64,000 bases of DNA from Geosiphon pyriformis uo1 (lineage: Eukaryota > Fungi > Glomeromycota): contig JAAOMT010000003.1 in assembly GCA_016748015.1 (NCBI GenBank), forward strand, positions 624,373 to 688,372, read 5' to 3'. The translations under genes were made by a program, and so were the position numbers. A model generated the notes under the pieces. The model ran no database searches, had not been told where the DNA came from, and saw only the letters and a program-made list of their open reading frames with translations. Of this stretch, positions 36,501 through 47,400 are shown in pieces (positions within the stretch are counted from its first letter, which is position 1; each line of letters starts with the position of its first letter).

Positions 36501-37807
36501 AAAATGCTGCTTTTTAATCTTCTAATAAACTGATTTAAAACCTGAGAATCAGTGTAGTATCTTTGTTCAATTGCTTCAATCTGATGGCAAATTCGATTGA
36601 ATCGAGCAAGGTATTGGGTGACAGTTTCACCAGTATTTTGCTTGATAGTATTGAATTTGTTCTGTAGTTGGATTATAGTGTTTGGATCGCTAAAATACTC
36701 TAGGAGTGCATTTTTAAATTCGGCGAAGCTCATGGGTTTTGTTTCTAGACTTTGATACCACGAGTTGTCTGTGCCTTTCAGGAAGAAAGGTAATGTTTGA
36801 ATTGCTCTTTGGTCATTCCAGTTATTTGCCTGGATGGCTTTTTGTGCTTCTCTGAGCCATGTGTGCACGTCTATTTCTTCTTCCTCTCTTGAGAAATCTG
36901 TTAGTCTTGCAATGTATGATGTGATCATTTCGTTGCCGTTTTCTGCTGGTGGGTTTATTGGTCTAAGAGGAGGTGAGATGATATTTTCTTGAGCATTTCT
37001 AAAGGTGGCTTCCCTTATATCCAGTTCTTTCTCTTGATCACGAGTTTCTTGGTTTCTGGACTGGCTGCTTGTTCCAGTGACTGGTTTTGTAATTGTTTTT
37101 TCACTGGTTTCTTTTTCAGATTCCGATTCAGACTCCTCTTCACAGTTTTCAAATCCTGTTCTAAATTTTGGCTGAAAAAGAGGGTTTTGGAATAGTGATG
37201 AATATCCTTCTGTAATTGGTATGTCTCCCCAGTTACGTTGTTTAATTTTATCAGTATAACTAGGAGTTTTTGGCATTTGTGGAGTTGATGTTGATGATAA
37301 TGCAGCTCCTAATGGAATTTGTATCTTATTTTCTGGTAAAAAATGGTATGATTTATCTTCTGGTGAATAAATACATTGTTTTTTTATTGATTGAGTGACA
37401 GTTTTCTTTGGCATTTGAGCTGGTGTTCCTAGTTTTTGCTGGTTACTTTCCTGATTAGTTTCTAAATTTTCTTTGGTTTTGTTGGCACGTTCCCTAGTGT
37501 TTCCTGTGGATATTGAAAAATTTTTGTTGGCATATTGCTCAATTTTTTGATGGATTTTGACAATAGTTGTGGCTATTACTGCTACTTCTTTTGTAGTGTA
37601 TTGTGATAATTCTCTATACAATCCAAGTTTTGTGTCGTGTGGTTTTTCTTCCTTTTCTATATGATAATTTATTCTGGCATTGATATAATAAGTGAGGGCA
37701 GATTCTGCTGAACAACACCCTTCTGGTAATCTAAGATCACTTTGATTTTGTGTGTAAATAGCACGGCAGAATTCAAGAACAGTAAGATTAGGGGTTTTTG
37801 TCACCAC
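33533..37807 (-). CDS. Gypsy A gag-protease-Cys-rich domain-dUTPase polyprotein (1424 aa open; in frame with RT across a single TAA)
   Basis: Capsid-like segment (DVHTWLREAQKAI..FFLKGTDNSWY); CHFCKCVGHLISQC knuckle (~36150-36195); protease LILDS(G>K)SAGSII (~35610); dUTPase motifs AGFDL, RSSL, GVIDSKY, IAQ, RGTFGFGST (33941-34330). Confidence 0.93.
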   Translation of the reverse strand: MVTKTPNLTVLEFCRAIYTQNQSDLRLPEGCCSAESALTYYINARINYHIEKEEKPHDTKLGLYRELSQYTTKEVAVIATTIVKIHQKIEQYANKNFSISTGNTRERANKTKENLETNQESNQQKLGTPAQMPKKTVTQSIKKQCIYSPEDKSYHFLPENKIQIPLGAALSSTSTPQMPKTPSYTDKIKQRNWGDIPITEGYSSLFQNPLFQPKFRTGFENCEEESESESEKETSEKTITKPVTGTSSQSRNQETRDQEKELDIREATFRNAQENIISPPLRPINPPAENGNEMITSYIARLTDFSREEEEIDVHTWLREAQKAIQANNWNDQRAIQTLPFFLKGTDNSWYQSLETKPMSFAEFKNALLEYFSDPNTIIQLQNKFNTIKQNTGETVTQYLARFNRICHQIEAIEQRYYTDSQVLNQFIRRLKSSILGRVCSAHPNSLPEAITLARAFELAEKEANYSQMVNMVMEENKTETLKKRVMRLGEELSKKIESYLILDLKKNTYQPPQRRSQEVSNSRNNHSLHQEFRTEMRACHFCKCVGHLISQCRMQMMQEACKNNYYAPPQMPRNQYMPIPHQYPTTYQNQGAYQQQLMIANPNWRPEARNQLMWNQNALVQRNPNCAGTNQQINPNYQNYQQTYLNILENLIIGNNDSRNINRTKNFSKLSQTILPAVATEDSSLAAIFPFKLEKNKTMFSGAALDEKCPITAMYMEATVNNTPIKLILDSKSAGSIITLQLVNQLGFKVDRAATSQIIIADGSTKLPHGEIDSFSFKINSIVISTKVLVMDTTQYQALVGNNWLTKANATLNWTTQELLINYNGHQAKIPATCGHFQKPSANQRPTFEFEENSALPAIKTYQLSWADDQKTGLPAIPMWTSEERSKWNQISSQKNHQRCRPKLKCLVCKKKLSSMTACSALDKDPRNPTHYYCNRCNKEKYGYPKRHRKWNKEPCLACGEPLPRGCNWNDIPDRGGTCDATCQYTILICDWVRGGTPFEAAFNRALKRLQHYPHDKNELYNTTQAKVRGRTAEEIQHWKESAEVADEVASYNMFDPVDKFQDYYQQLCLIRQKQEQYFAQINTYLCKNCLIQNQCCEKCQDERDLERKMEIKNQQSQNQSINQQDSPDGLESEKFVAYTNLEQMTDIRYFDNRHLEIILKRAHPTDAGFDLHYPEDQSTTLPPRSIIKIDLKIAVKIPPGIIVQIALRSSLVKKEISIQGGVIDSKYTRNLMVLLQNNSEKPYTIESKEKIAQAIFLPLVKIGKFVPVENREELSQTTRGTFGFGSTEKRIEVNFTETIEEKGEVIKNERSITLLPYGKSEIRIKRTIKEKDLIFEPYPETCQQFLIGLTNLFIPADKAQWIKIPIANTTEEPVYILEDTIIGYLGTELENASTPQEILNFSEIALYCELTSINWQQLLECY

Positions 37808-37870
37808 TTTTGTCTCTTCTTTTTTAGCAATGAATTATTGCTAATTATTATTTCCTTTTTTGATTTTCTT

Positions 37871-37888
37871 TCCTCATAGGGTTCACCA
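37871..37888 (-). other. Primer-binding site of Gypsy A (TGGTGAACCCTATGAGGA), probably tRNA-Trp
   Basis: Starts with TGG 2 nt after the 5' LTR. TGGTGAACCC is complementary to tRNAs ending GGGUUCACCA, as in plant-type tRNA-Trp; the tRNA assignment is inference. Confidence 0.75.
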
Positions 37889-37890
37889 AA

Positions 37891-38769
37891 TATTACAAGA
37901 TGATTTTCTTGTTATATTTAATTGCTGATATCCCATTTTAATTGCAATCAGTCTTTCGTGAGTTTCTCAATTCTATTTGTGTGATAATATCACTGTTATA
38001 CTGAAGGCTTTCTTTTTTACTGTTGTAATATAAGTTATTCTTCAATTCTTGATTGTTGTGTGTGTTTATGTACTCCTTCTCAAAGGCTGAACTGAAATCT
38101 ACCCACTGTTTGGGGTCTTCTCTGAGGCTATTCTTGCAATTGCCTGATGTGTTTCTCTAATCTAGAAACACAGAATGTTAATGGTCTTTAGTGCTTTTTT
38201 AATTCTTACAATAAAGCTTTTATCAATTAGTAACAACGTGAATAATCTTGATCAAGGATTATTCTTCCAAGGGATTCAGTTGATGAATAATAGTTTCATT
38301 CAATAAATAATACAAGTAAGTTTTTTAATACTTTGGGTTGTGATAGTTCAGTTTTAAATATTCTTTTTTATTTCTTTTTGATTTTAAAGGTTTCTTGGGA
38401 TATTTAATTTGAAAGTATGATTTAAAGTGGAGTTTGTTGGATAAAATTGGATTTATTGCTTGATAAGTTATGATTTTTATTATTTGATTGATTATTTCCC
38501 AATATTAAAACTACTGTATATATACATGTTTGTAGTTCTACGAGAAAACACATTGTAATACTTTCTTTTTTTGATATTTCAACCTGGTGTTTGCTGCTAT
38601 TACCAGTTGGTGTTGGCTGCTATTGTGAACTGGTGCTTGCCACTATCGCGAAATGGTGTTTACTACTATGTTAATCATTACCTTTCTAAGATTATTACTG
38701 TGCTATATTATGATTGAATAGTTTGTATTATTTTTATGATTCTTTTTGCTAAATTCTTAAATCGTAACA
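37891..38769 (-). repeat. 5' LTR of Gypsy A
   Basis: Direct repeat of 29061-29939; adjacent to the PBS. Confidence 0.97.
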
Positions 38770-39169
38770 ATGACAAAAGAGTTGTTATTTAAAAAAATGT
38801 CAAAAAACTAATAAAAAAAAATAAAAAAACTTCTTTTTCAGAAAATGCACTTTTTGAGAATTTTTGGAGATAAGAGAGAAAAAAGTTTGTTAATTTTAGA
38901 TAAATTAATATTAAATCAAATTAAAAATTAATTATCAAAAAAATTTTAGTTAATTTTTTTAAATTAACAGTAACATTAACATTTACCAAATTTAATAAAA
39001 TAAAAACAATAAAGCTATAATTAATTGGTTTTTATCAAAAAACACTAGTTAAATTTAAGAACATTAAAATTATTAATTTGATTGTTTTTAAATAGTTAAT
39101 TTTGTTAAATAAAAACTTTGTACAAGTAACCAAAACAGTTATTAACAAATAAACATAGAACTTTAAAAA

Positions 39170-42100
39170 TTAATATTGTGTTTTTTTTACATGTTTTTAA
39201 TTAATACTATTGTTTATAATCTGTTGAATTTATTTATATTATATAATAAAAAAATTTGTATTATAATTTATAATTCAGTTATTTACATACAAATTTATTG
39301 TACTGTGGTGTGTTTTAACTTGATTACTTTTAAAAATATTGTTATTTACTTAATTTTAATTTTTAAAAATATAAACTTGTGTTAAACTGGTTTAATATTG
39401 TTTTTATATATTATTTGTTAACAATTTAGTCATGTTTTAAGTAGTTATATACTTGGTAAAAAATTGTTTAGTCATAATAAAAAAACTTTTTTCAATTTTA
39501 ACAAATAGTATTTTATATATATATATATATAAAAACAAGTTCTAATTTTTTGTTTAGTTTTTTAATAATAAAATATAAATATTAGTAATTAATAATATAA
39601 ATTTTTACTTTACATTAAATTCTCTTTTATAATTTTTTTACAGCAAATAATAATTTTAATATTTTGAATTATAATATTATAATTATGATTTTAAATTTTT
39701 ATTTGAATATTTTATAATATTTTTTGATACTTTTTGCTAATTAAATGTTTAAAATTTTATACAAATTGAATTTTTTTTTATTTGCCAAATACTAAAAAAT
39801 GTATTTATAAAAAAAAGTCAATTTTAGTTTATTTCTATTTATAAATGGTTTTATTTTAGTTATAACATTAATAAAATATTATTAATTTACTAAGTTGTAT
39901 TTGTTATAATAGATAATTTAAAAGTATTGATATTTAAAATTAGTGATTTTAAATAAATAATAAAAACAATTTTAAAAAAGATAAATTTGTTTTATATGAA
40001 TAATAATATAATACTTTTTTTTTTTTTAATAAATAATTTAATTTAAAAAATAGCTAATTATAATATAAAAATATAAATATCCTTGCTAAACAAAATAATA
40101 ATATTAAAATTTATATGTATTTACTTTTTTTGTCTTCTTAATTTTATGACTACAATCAGAGCAAAGAGTAAAAAAGCTGTACTTGATATTTTTCTTGGGA
40201 TATCTAATAAAATTTCAATCAGAGGAGCTTTTTCTGTTGTAGAAGCAACTAGACAGAATGTTTTAAAAGTTTTTTCTTTATCTGGTAATTGTGAAAAGCT
40301 GTTTTTAGTAGCCACTGAAGCAACTTTCTTATTTTTGGCTGGTCTTTTACTAGTTAAAGTTCTTTTAAAGAAACACACTTGAGTTAGTCCCAGTGTTGCT
40401 TTTATCTTTTCAAAGAGCCCAAAAATTTTTAATAACAAACTAGTTAACAAGCTAGTTTTTCCTTCTATAGCTTCAACACCAGGTGCTGTCAACATCTCTT
40501 CTTAAAAAAAAATGGTTAAAAAAACCAAAAGTTCAAAAAAGTGGAAACAATTGCTTGCCTCTGCTATTGTTACACCGAATCTCTTTGTGGTTTCAACTGA
40601 GATCTTAGATGAGATCTCTACTGTTTTATTCAGTACATTATTTAAGATAAGCCAAGATCAATCACTGGCTGTATTGCCAAATATGATGCTTTTTGGCAGA
40701 TCCTTGCTAGTTTTAGAAGCAAAGCAATTATCTCCTATAGTGTTACCTCTTTTTAAGAACTGGACTGACCAAATAAAAACTGAATCATTTTCTCTTCTGG
40801 TTTCTGGTGCTGCTGCTGATAATACTTGGAAAACTATTACTAGTCATTAAAAGTTTGCTGAATAGATGGTCTTCATTTTGATGTCTGATACTACTTTCAA
40901 GATCAAATTGGCTCATGTTAAGGCTGTTTTTCAGTCTGTGCATGGTTTTTTGGGTGTAAAGTCAGTTGTAAAAGATAGTGTAAAGCTCTTTTGTATGAAG
41001 TTTGCTTTCCAAAACTATTTGAATACTGTATTTTTAGTTGAGCTTACAAGCTCTGTTTGCTTTGTCACTTTTAAAATTGCCAAGTTTTTGGTGAGTTCTG
41101 AGTCTGGCTTCTCTTTTGCTGCTGTTGTGTTGTGTAATGTGTCTTTAAATGTGTTTGCTACTGACATTAAGATAGCTCTCAATGCTTTTGGTATGGTTAC
41201 TTGTGTTGTGCTAAAGCCTACTGGCATTTGACAATATGTGGTAATTTATTTTAAGAGATTAAACTCTGCTGTGTCTGCTTTGAATTATTGATCAGTCTTG
41301 GTAGACAAGAATAGTGTTAGAATCTTTTTCTTGGTAAATCAAAATGAGACTATTCTGTTTCATAATAGATTTAAAGCCAAATTGGTCAATTTTTTTTCTA
41401 GTTGTACTGTTTTTGAAATTAGTAATTTGATTTTTCAAGTTGGTAATCAGACATGTTTTATTTCTTACTCTTCTAATTCTGGTTGTCATTCCCAGTTTGC
41501 TCTAATTACATTCAATTCCCAGATAAATCTAAATGTTACTGTACTTAAAATTAATATGCTGAAGAAATGTTATATCTGGTAGAAAACTTTTGGAAATAGG
41601 CATTGTTTTTAGTGCCAAGATTTGGATTATCTGGCTTTAAATTGTAAGGTGTCTCTACTTTTTTCTGTTAAAATTCCTAAAACTTTCATTCCTTATGTTG
41701 TTGGTGACAAGTCTTATGCCAATTCTACTGCTTCTGTGTCTTCTGTGGTCTCTTGTTCTCCTGTTGGTTTGGTCTTATCTGCTAATATATTTGCTAATGA
41801 TTCTGTGATTTCTTTTCAGTTGTTCTCTCTAAAATCTGAGTTAATCAAGCTTTCTGATTTGATCAACTCTATTGTTAAGCCTGTTGGTTCTATGGTCAAA
41901 TTATTTGAACAATTTGTTAATAGAGATTTGGTTTCAAGTAGTGCCCTCAGTCTTAGAATCAATAAAGTTTTAATACACATAAGTACTTTTAGCAAAACTA
42001 TTGATAAGCTGGAGCAAGAGGTAGTTGCTTTGAAAACTAAATGTGATTATAAAAACATTAATATGTCTGGTCTTCATATAAGTTTGTTTTCTGTTAATAA

Positions 42101-43300
42101 TAATATGTTTTCTAACTTGATGTCATTTTGGAAACATGAATCTGCTGTTGTAAAGACTGATGCTTTTAAAACAGCTGAGTAACTGGTTGGATTGGTTAGT
42201 AATAGTGTTATATTGTTTGAAATTGTTCAAAAAATGTCTTTTTTAGGTAAGTTTTCTTTTAAAACTTCAGTATAATGTGTTTTTGATTGGTCTAAGTAAC
42301 TAGTTACATATAGAAAGCACATAATTAGTGCTTAGTTTAGATTACTTAGTTTGATGTATTGTATTAAATGGCTTTTAGACTACATTTATTAAGCAATAAA
42401 AAAAATATTATTATTATTAAATAACATAAAAAATTAAAAAATAAAATTTTAATTCTTACAGAAATTAAGCTTTATTTTATTGTTAAATCATAAATTTTTA
42501 ATAAATTTAATAATATAAAAATATTTATTTTTGGTCTAAATTCAGATATTTTAAGTATTAAAGTTATAATAATTATAAATAATTGCTTAATTAAACACAT
42601 TTTTAAGGTTTTTAAGATTCTTGATAGGTTTTTATCAATTTAATTATTATTTAAAAATAAAAAATCTATAATAGTTTTAAGTTTATATGTTAAAAACTAT
42701 TTTGAAAAAAAAGCTTAAAACAGACTTATAATATAAATTTTATGACAGTTAATATATTAAACACAAATATTTTTGTAGTTTTAAAAAAAGATTTTAATAA
42801 AAATAATTCTAATCATAATATTAGTTTTAAAAAATTCTTGGATCTAAGTTTGTTTAATTTGTTTAATAGTTTTAGTTTGCATAAAATACCAATATAATTT
42901 AATTCTAAGAGTGTTAAAAAATATATAGACTTTATTTTAGTTAATAATAGATTACAAAAATTGATTTTTAATTAATAAATTTATAACTCAAATGAATTTT
43001 TTACCATAAATTATTTGATATTATTAATAGATATTAAATTAAAAGTTTTTTGAACTCTTAAATTAGTTTTGTATACAAATAAATTAATAAAAATAAATAG
43101 AAGTATAAAATTATAAATATTAATAAAAAGACATAAAAAAGTTTAACAGTTTATTTTTAAATACTGTTTTGTAAATTATAAATAGTTTTGAAATTAATAA
43201 AAATTTTTGGATTTCAATAATATGTAAGTAGTTTTTAACAAAATTTTATATAATATAATAAATATTATATTGTTAAAAACATAGTTTTATAACAAAAATT
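39170..43300 (+). mobile_element. Highly decayed plus-strand LINE ghost, interrupted by ORF1-only element copy 2
   Basis: 39176-39440 reads as ORF1 (KICII..CTVVCF..NLC). About 40030-40110 reads INNLI*KIANYNIKNINILAKQ (ORF2 start). 42450-42960 reads TEIKL..FGLNSD..LLFKNK..KDFNKN..IDFILV (endonuclease). Confidence 0.7.
40123..42405 (+). mobile_element. ORF1-only non-autonomous LINE derivative (HAL1-like), copy 2
   Basis: Same leader (..tgtcttcttaattttATGactaca); one frame 40146-42275 (2130 nt); LINE 3' UTR at 42276-42390 and an A tail. Confidence 0.87.
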
Positions 43301-43553
43301 TTGTCAATAATATTGTGTTTTTTAAACTTTATAAATTAAAGCTATTTGTTTCTATGATTTTAAAAATATATAAATTAAATGATTAAAAAAGATTTAGAAT
43401 TTTTTTCTCCTTGAATAGTAAATGCTGTTTTAAAATAATTTTTAGAGTTTATTTTAACTTGTCAGTACCTGTTTTCTAAGTTTAAAGTTGAAAAAAACTT
43501 GGCTTTTTTCAGAGCATTTAGTATATTATTAATTCTTGATAGTTAATAGGCAT

Positions 43554-44479
43554 TTTTATAAGATGGTTTTCTTGGTATATTTAATTGTCAATATTCTGTT
43601 TTAATTGCAATCAGTCTTTTATAAGTTCTTTAATTCTATTTGTGTGATAATATTACTGTTATACTGAAAAGTTTTTTTTTAATGTTATAATGTAAGTTAT
43701 TTTTCAATTTCTTATTTTTGTATATGTTTATGTATTCTTTTCCAAAGGCTGAACTGAAATTTACTTACTGTTTGAAGTTTTCTTTGAACCTATCTTTGCA
43801 ATTGTCTTATGTGTTTTTCTAATTTAGAAATATTGAATATTAATAGTCTTTAGTGCTTTTTTTAATTTTCACAATAAAGCTTTTATCAATTAATAACAAT
43901 GTGAATAATTTTGATCAGAAATTATTCTTTCAAAGAATTCAGCTAATAAATGATAGTTTCATTCAATAAATAATACAAATAAGTTTCTTAATACTTTAGA
44001 TTGTAATCATTTAGTTTTCAATATTTTTTTTCATTTTTTTTTAATTAAAGATTTTTGTGGATATTTATTTTAAAAGTAAAGACTAGAAGGTAATTAAAAT
44101 GGAACTGTTGGCTGAATTGTTTGATAACTTGTTTTTATGATTTGTTTTATAATCTTGTTGAATAATAATATTTTTTTCAATATTAAAATTATTATATATA
44201 TATATGTTTATAGTTTTACAAGAAAACACATTATAATACTTTCTTTTTGGTATCTTAACCTGGTGTTTGCTGCTATTATCAGTTGGTGTTGGCCACTATT
44301 ACCAGTTAGTGTTGGCCATTATTACCAGTTGGTGTTAACTGCTATTATAAGCTAGTGCTTGCCATTATTGTGAGATAATGCTTGCTATTATTATTTTTTT
44401 AGAATTATTACTATGCTATATTATAATTGAATAATTTATATTATTTTATAATTTTTTGCTAAATTTTTAAATCATAATA
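43554..44479 (-). mobile_element. Solo LTR of the Gypsy A family inserted into the RT of Gypsy B
   Basis: Collinear with 29061-29939. Perfect 4-bp TSD GCAT at 43550-43553 and 44480-44483. Removing it rejoins the RT segment at ..IIKDAY... Confidence 0.92.
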
Positions 44480-47400
44480 GCATCTTTAATTATAACATTA
44501 TTCAGTTGTTAATAGTCTACACAAAATTTGAATTTGTTTTTTTTTTTTACAAAGACCACTAATGAAATCCAAAAACTTTTTAATAGTTGGATAAGACTAT
44601 TATTGAGCATTTATTAAACTTTTTCTTTAATAAATTGGTGGCTAGTAAATAGAACTTGGTAGATTTGTTAATATTTTGGTAAAGCATCCCCTGTATGGAT
44701 CTGGTACTATATAGTATTAGTTTTTTTAAGATTATTATTATTTTTGGCAAATATATTAGCATATTTAGCAATCAACTGTTTTAATTGTTTTTGTTATTAG
44801 AATTCTAAGAAACTTATATTGATTTAAAAAAGTTTTTCTTCTAAAATATGGTAGTTTTCAGTAGTAAGAGTGATGTTTGGATTTAAAAATAAGATATGTT
44901 TCACAATTTTAATGAAATTAAAAACAATCTAAGAGATTTTATCTTGGAAAATGTTGCTATATATGATTCTAATTTCTAATTTATTTAATAAAATAATGGG
45001 GTAATTGTTGAAATTGTAAAATATAACTTGAATTTTTTTATTTCTTGTAGAATATAAATATTTAAAATTGTAATTTCATCCTTTAAACAAATTTGTTTAT
45101 TTAATTCAAAGATTTGTTGGGTAGTAGTAGGCTTTAGACAAGTGTAAATTTTATAATGTTTTTTAAAAAGTAAAATGGTAATTGATTAAAACAGTTGAAA
45201 AATCCGATAAAATTTATTTTGTGCATTAAGAACTATATTTACTAGAACTGTAAATTGTCCAGTTAAACCAAAATTTTGGGTTTTTTTTCACTTTTTTCTA
45301 ATTGTTTTCTGTTGTTGACTGATTGTAAATCCAAAATTTTGATTAAAAGTAGGTAGATTGCTTAAACAATTTTTTTAGCATGCTTAATTTTGAATAATTT
45401 ATCAGTTTTATTTTGTATCAAGATTGTAATGTTTTTGGTGTATCCTGTATCTATGATTCCTCTTTTGATGCTAATTTTTTTGCTTGTCAATAATAATTGG
45501 AATGCAATTTAAATCATTGCTTTTGGTGAAATTTCAAAAGCAATTTTTAAGTTGATTTTTGTCAAAAATTTTGGTTAGGAGACCAAAGTGTTTTTTTTTG
45601 AGTATTATAGATCATATTCAGCATTTATTTTGTGGGCTTTTTTTGGTCTTATTTTTTGTCTATTGTTGTTGAAATATTGGAGTTGTATAATAGGCTGATT
45701 TTCTATAAAATAGATTGAAATTGTTGTAATTTTTTCTTTTGGTTTAGGTTTTTCAAATTCAATTTTATATTTATTATTTTTATTGAACAAGAAAATACTA
45801 ATTACATAGTATTTTAAACACTATTAGTTATTACAAAACATAGTATATTCTTTGCATAATTGAATGTTCATTTGCTTTAATTGTTGAATTTGAGCTTTTT
45901 TGGTTAGATAGGCATAACTTGTAATCTGATAGTATGTTTTTACTTCATTTTTGTAATCAAATTCAGCTATTTATTGTATATTTAATGTATTCTGTTTTTT
46001 TCATCTGACATATATCTTCTTGGGTTTCTCTATTGATTAAAACTATGGCCAATTCATAGATTATTTTAGTATTATGTGGATAATAATAGAGTTTATTAAG
46101 GATGTTATTATATGTTGCATTGAAAAAAGTTCTTTTTTTTACTTTTTTGCAATTAAAAATGCATATTAACAGGTTGATTACAGACTCTTTTTTTTATTGC
46201 AACATCAATCTAGTTGTATTTTTTTAATAACATTTTTTTATATATAAAACAAAGAATATTATTTTATTTTCCACTTTGTTTAGAATATCTGAATCGTTTT
46301 TTATAGCATGTCTTACAAAATAATAGATACATGTTTTATATTTTTCTTTTGGAGATATGTATACTCTCATAGACAAAAGCTTTTTGTTGCAATTTTTGCA
46401 TGTTAAGTAGAATATAAGATGGTTGTTTTTATGGTTTTGGTATAAAATATTAAACAACATTCCATTTTCTGGTTTTTTTAAAAATTTTTTGCTTTGTTTT
46501 CTTAGCTCAATTGGATGTTAATCCAAAAGCCATGTATGTTTTAATAATTGGCATTTTTTTTTTAAATTTAAACACCAAGACTTTTTCAGATTGTTTGTTA
46601 AAAGTACCACAGATAATAGATACTTGGATATATTGTCCTTGATATAAAATTTTTAATTCTTGTGTTTTTCAGTTTAAGTTTGCATTGGCTTTAAGAAATC
46701 AATTATTTCTGATAAAAGCTTAGTATTAGAGTATATCTATGACAAAAACTTTAATTGAAATAGTAATTCTATTAATAGTAAAAAGAAAGTTGTTAATTTT
46801 TCTTACTGAGGTCTTTTTTATACTATCTGTAATAACAATAATTGTTTTGGCAGATCTGTCAACAGTTTGTTGAAACTGTTGTATTAATTGATAGATAATA
46901 ATACTACCAGTAGATTCATTGTTTAAAATTAATTGAATTGGTTTTTTTTCAACTTTAGCTTCAGTATATATTGCTGTGATTGCTTTTTGTTTATTAACTA
47001 CTATATTACTAAGTAAAAATAGTAATTTGTTGTCCTTAAATTAAATAAAAATATATCTGAAAAATTAGCATTTTGTGTAATTTGGGTCGATAGAATAGTA
47101 TTATTGAAAAGATTTGATTTTGATGCTGTAGCTTTATCTTCAGAAAGTACAGTTTATTAAAAATTCGACTTTTTTAATATTGTAAGATAATTGAGTTAAG
47201 TATGGTAATATACAGGTTTTTGCTAAACTGGGTTTTGGAGAACTAATTAATTGTTGAGATTGAATTAATTATTGTTAGAAAACCAATTTTGTAATATAAA
47301 TTGGTTTTGTTGGCTTGATTGTTAAACAGATATTTGATATTATTAAACAAGTGATTATTGATATTGTTTTTGAATAGATTGTAGAGCAAATTGATAGTAA

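Larger units (their letters stand above)
29061..38769 (-). mobile_element. Ty3/Gypsy LTR retrotransposon A, full length (9709 bp), dUTPase-encoding
   Basis: Two 879-bp LTRs, PBS, PPT, and gag-PR-dUTPase-RT-RH-IN order. 4-bp TSD read as ACAA (left) and ATGA (right), i.e. decayed ACGA. Confidence 0.97.
22369..38887 (-). mobile_element. Full-length LINE (copy 3) interrupted near the start of ORF1 by the Gypsy element at 29061-38769
   Basis: 3' UTR at 22381-22495, ORF2 at 22494-27172, ORF1 at 27169-29060. The 5' leader resumes at 38770-38887. Candidate TSD tgttaatttt at 22359 and 38888. Confidence 0.92.
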
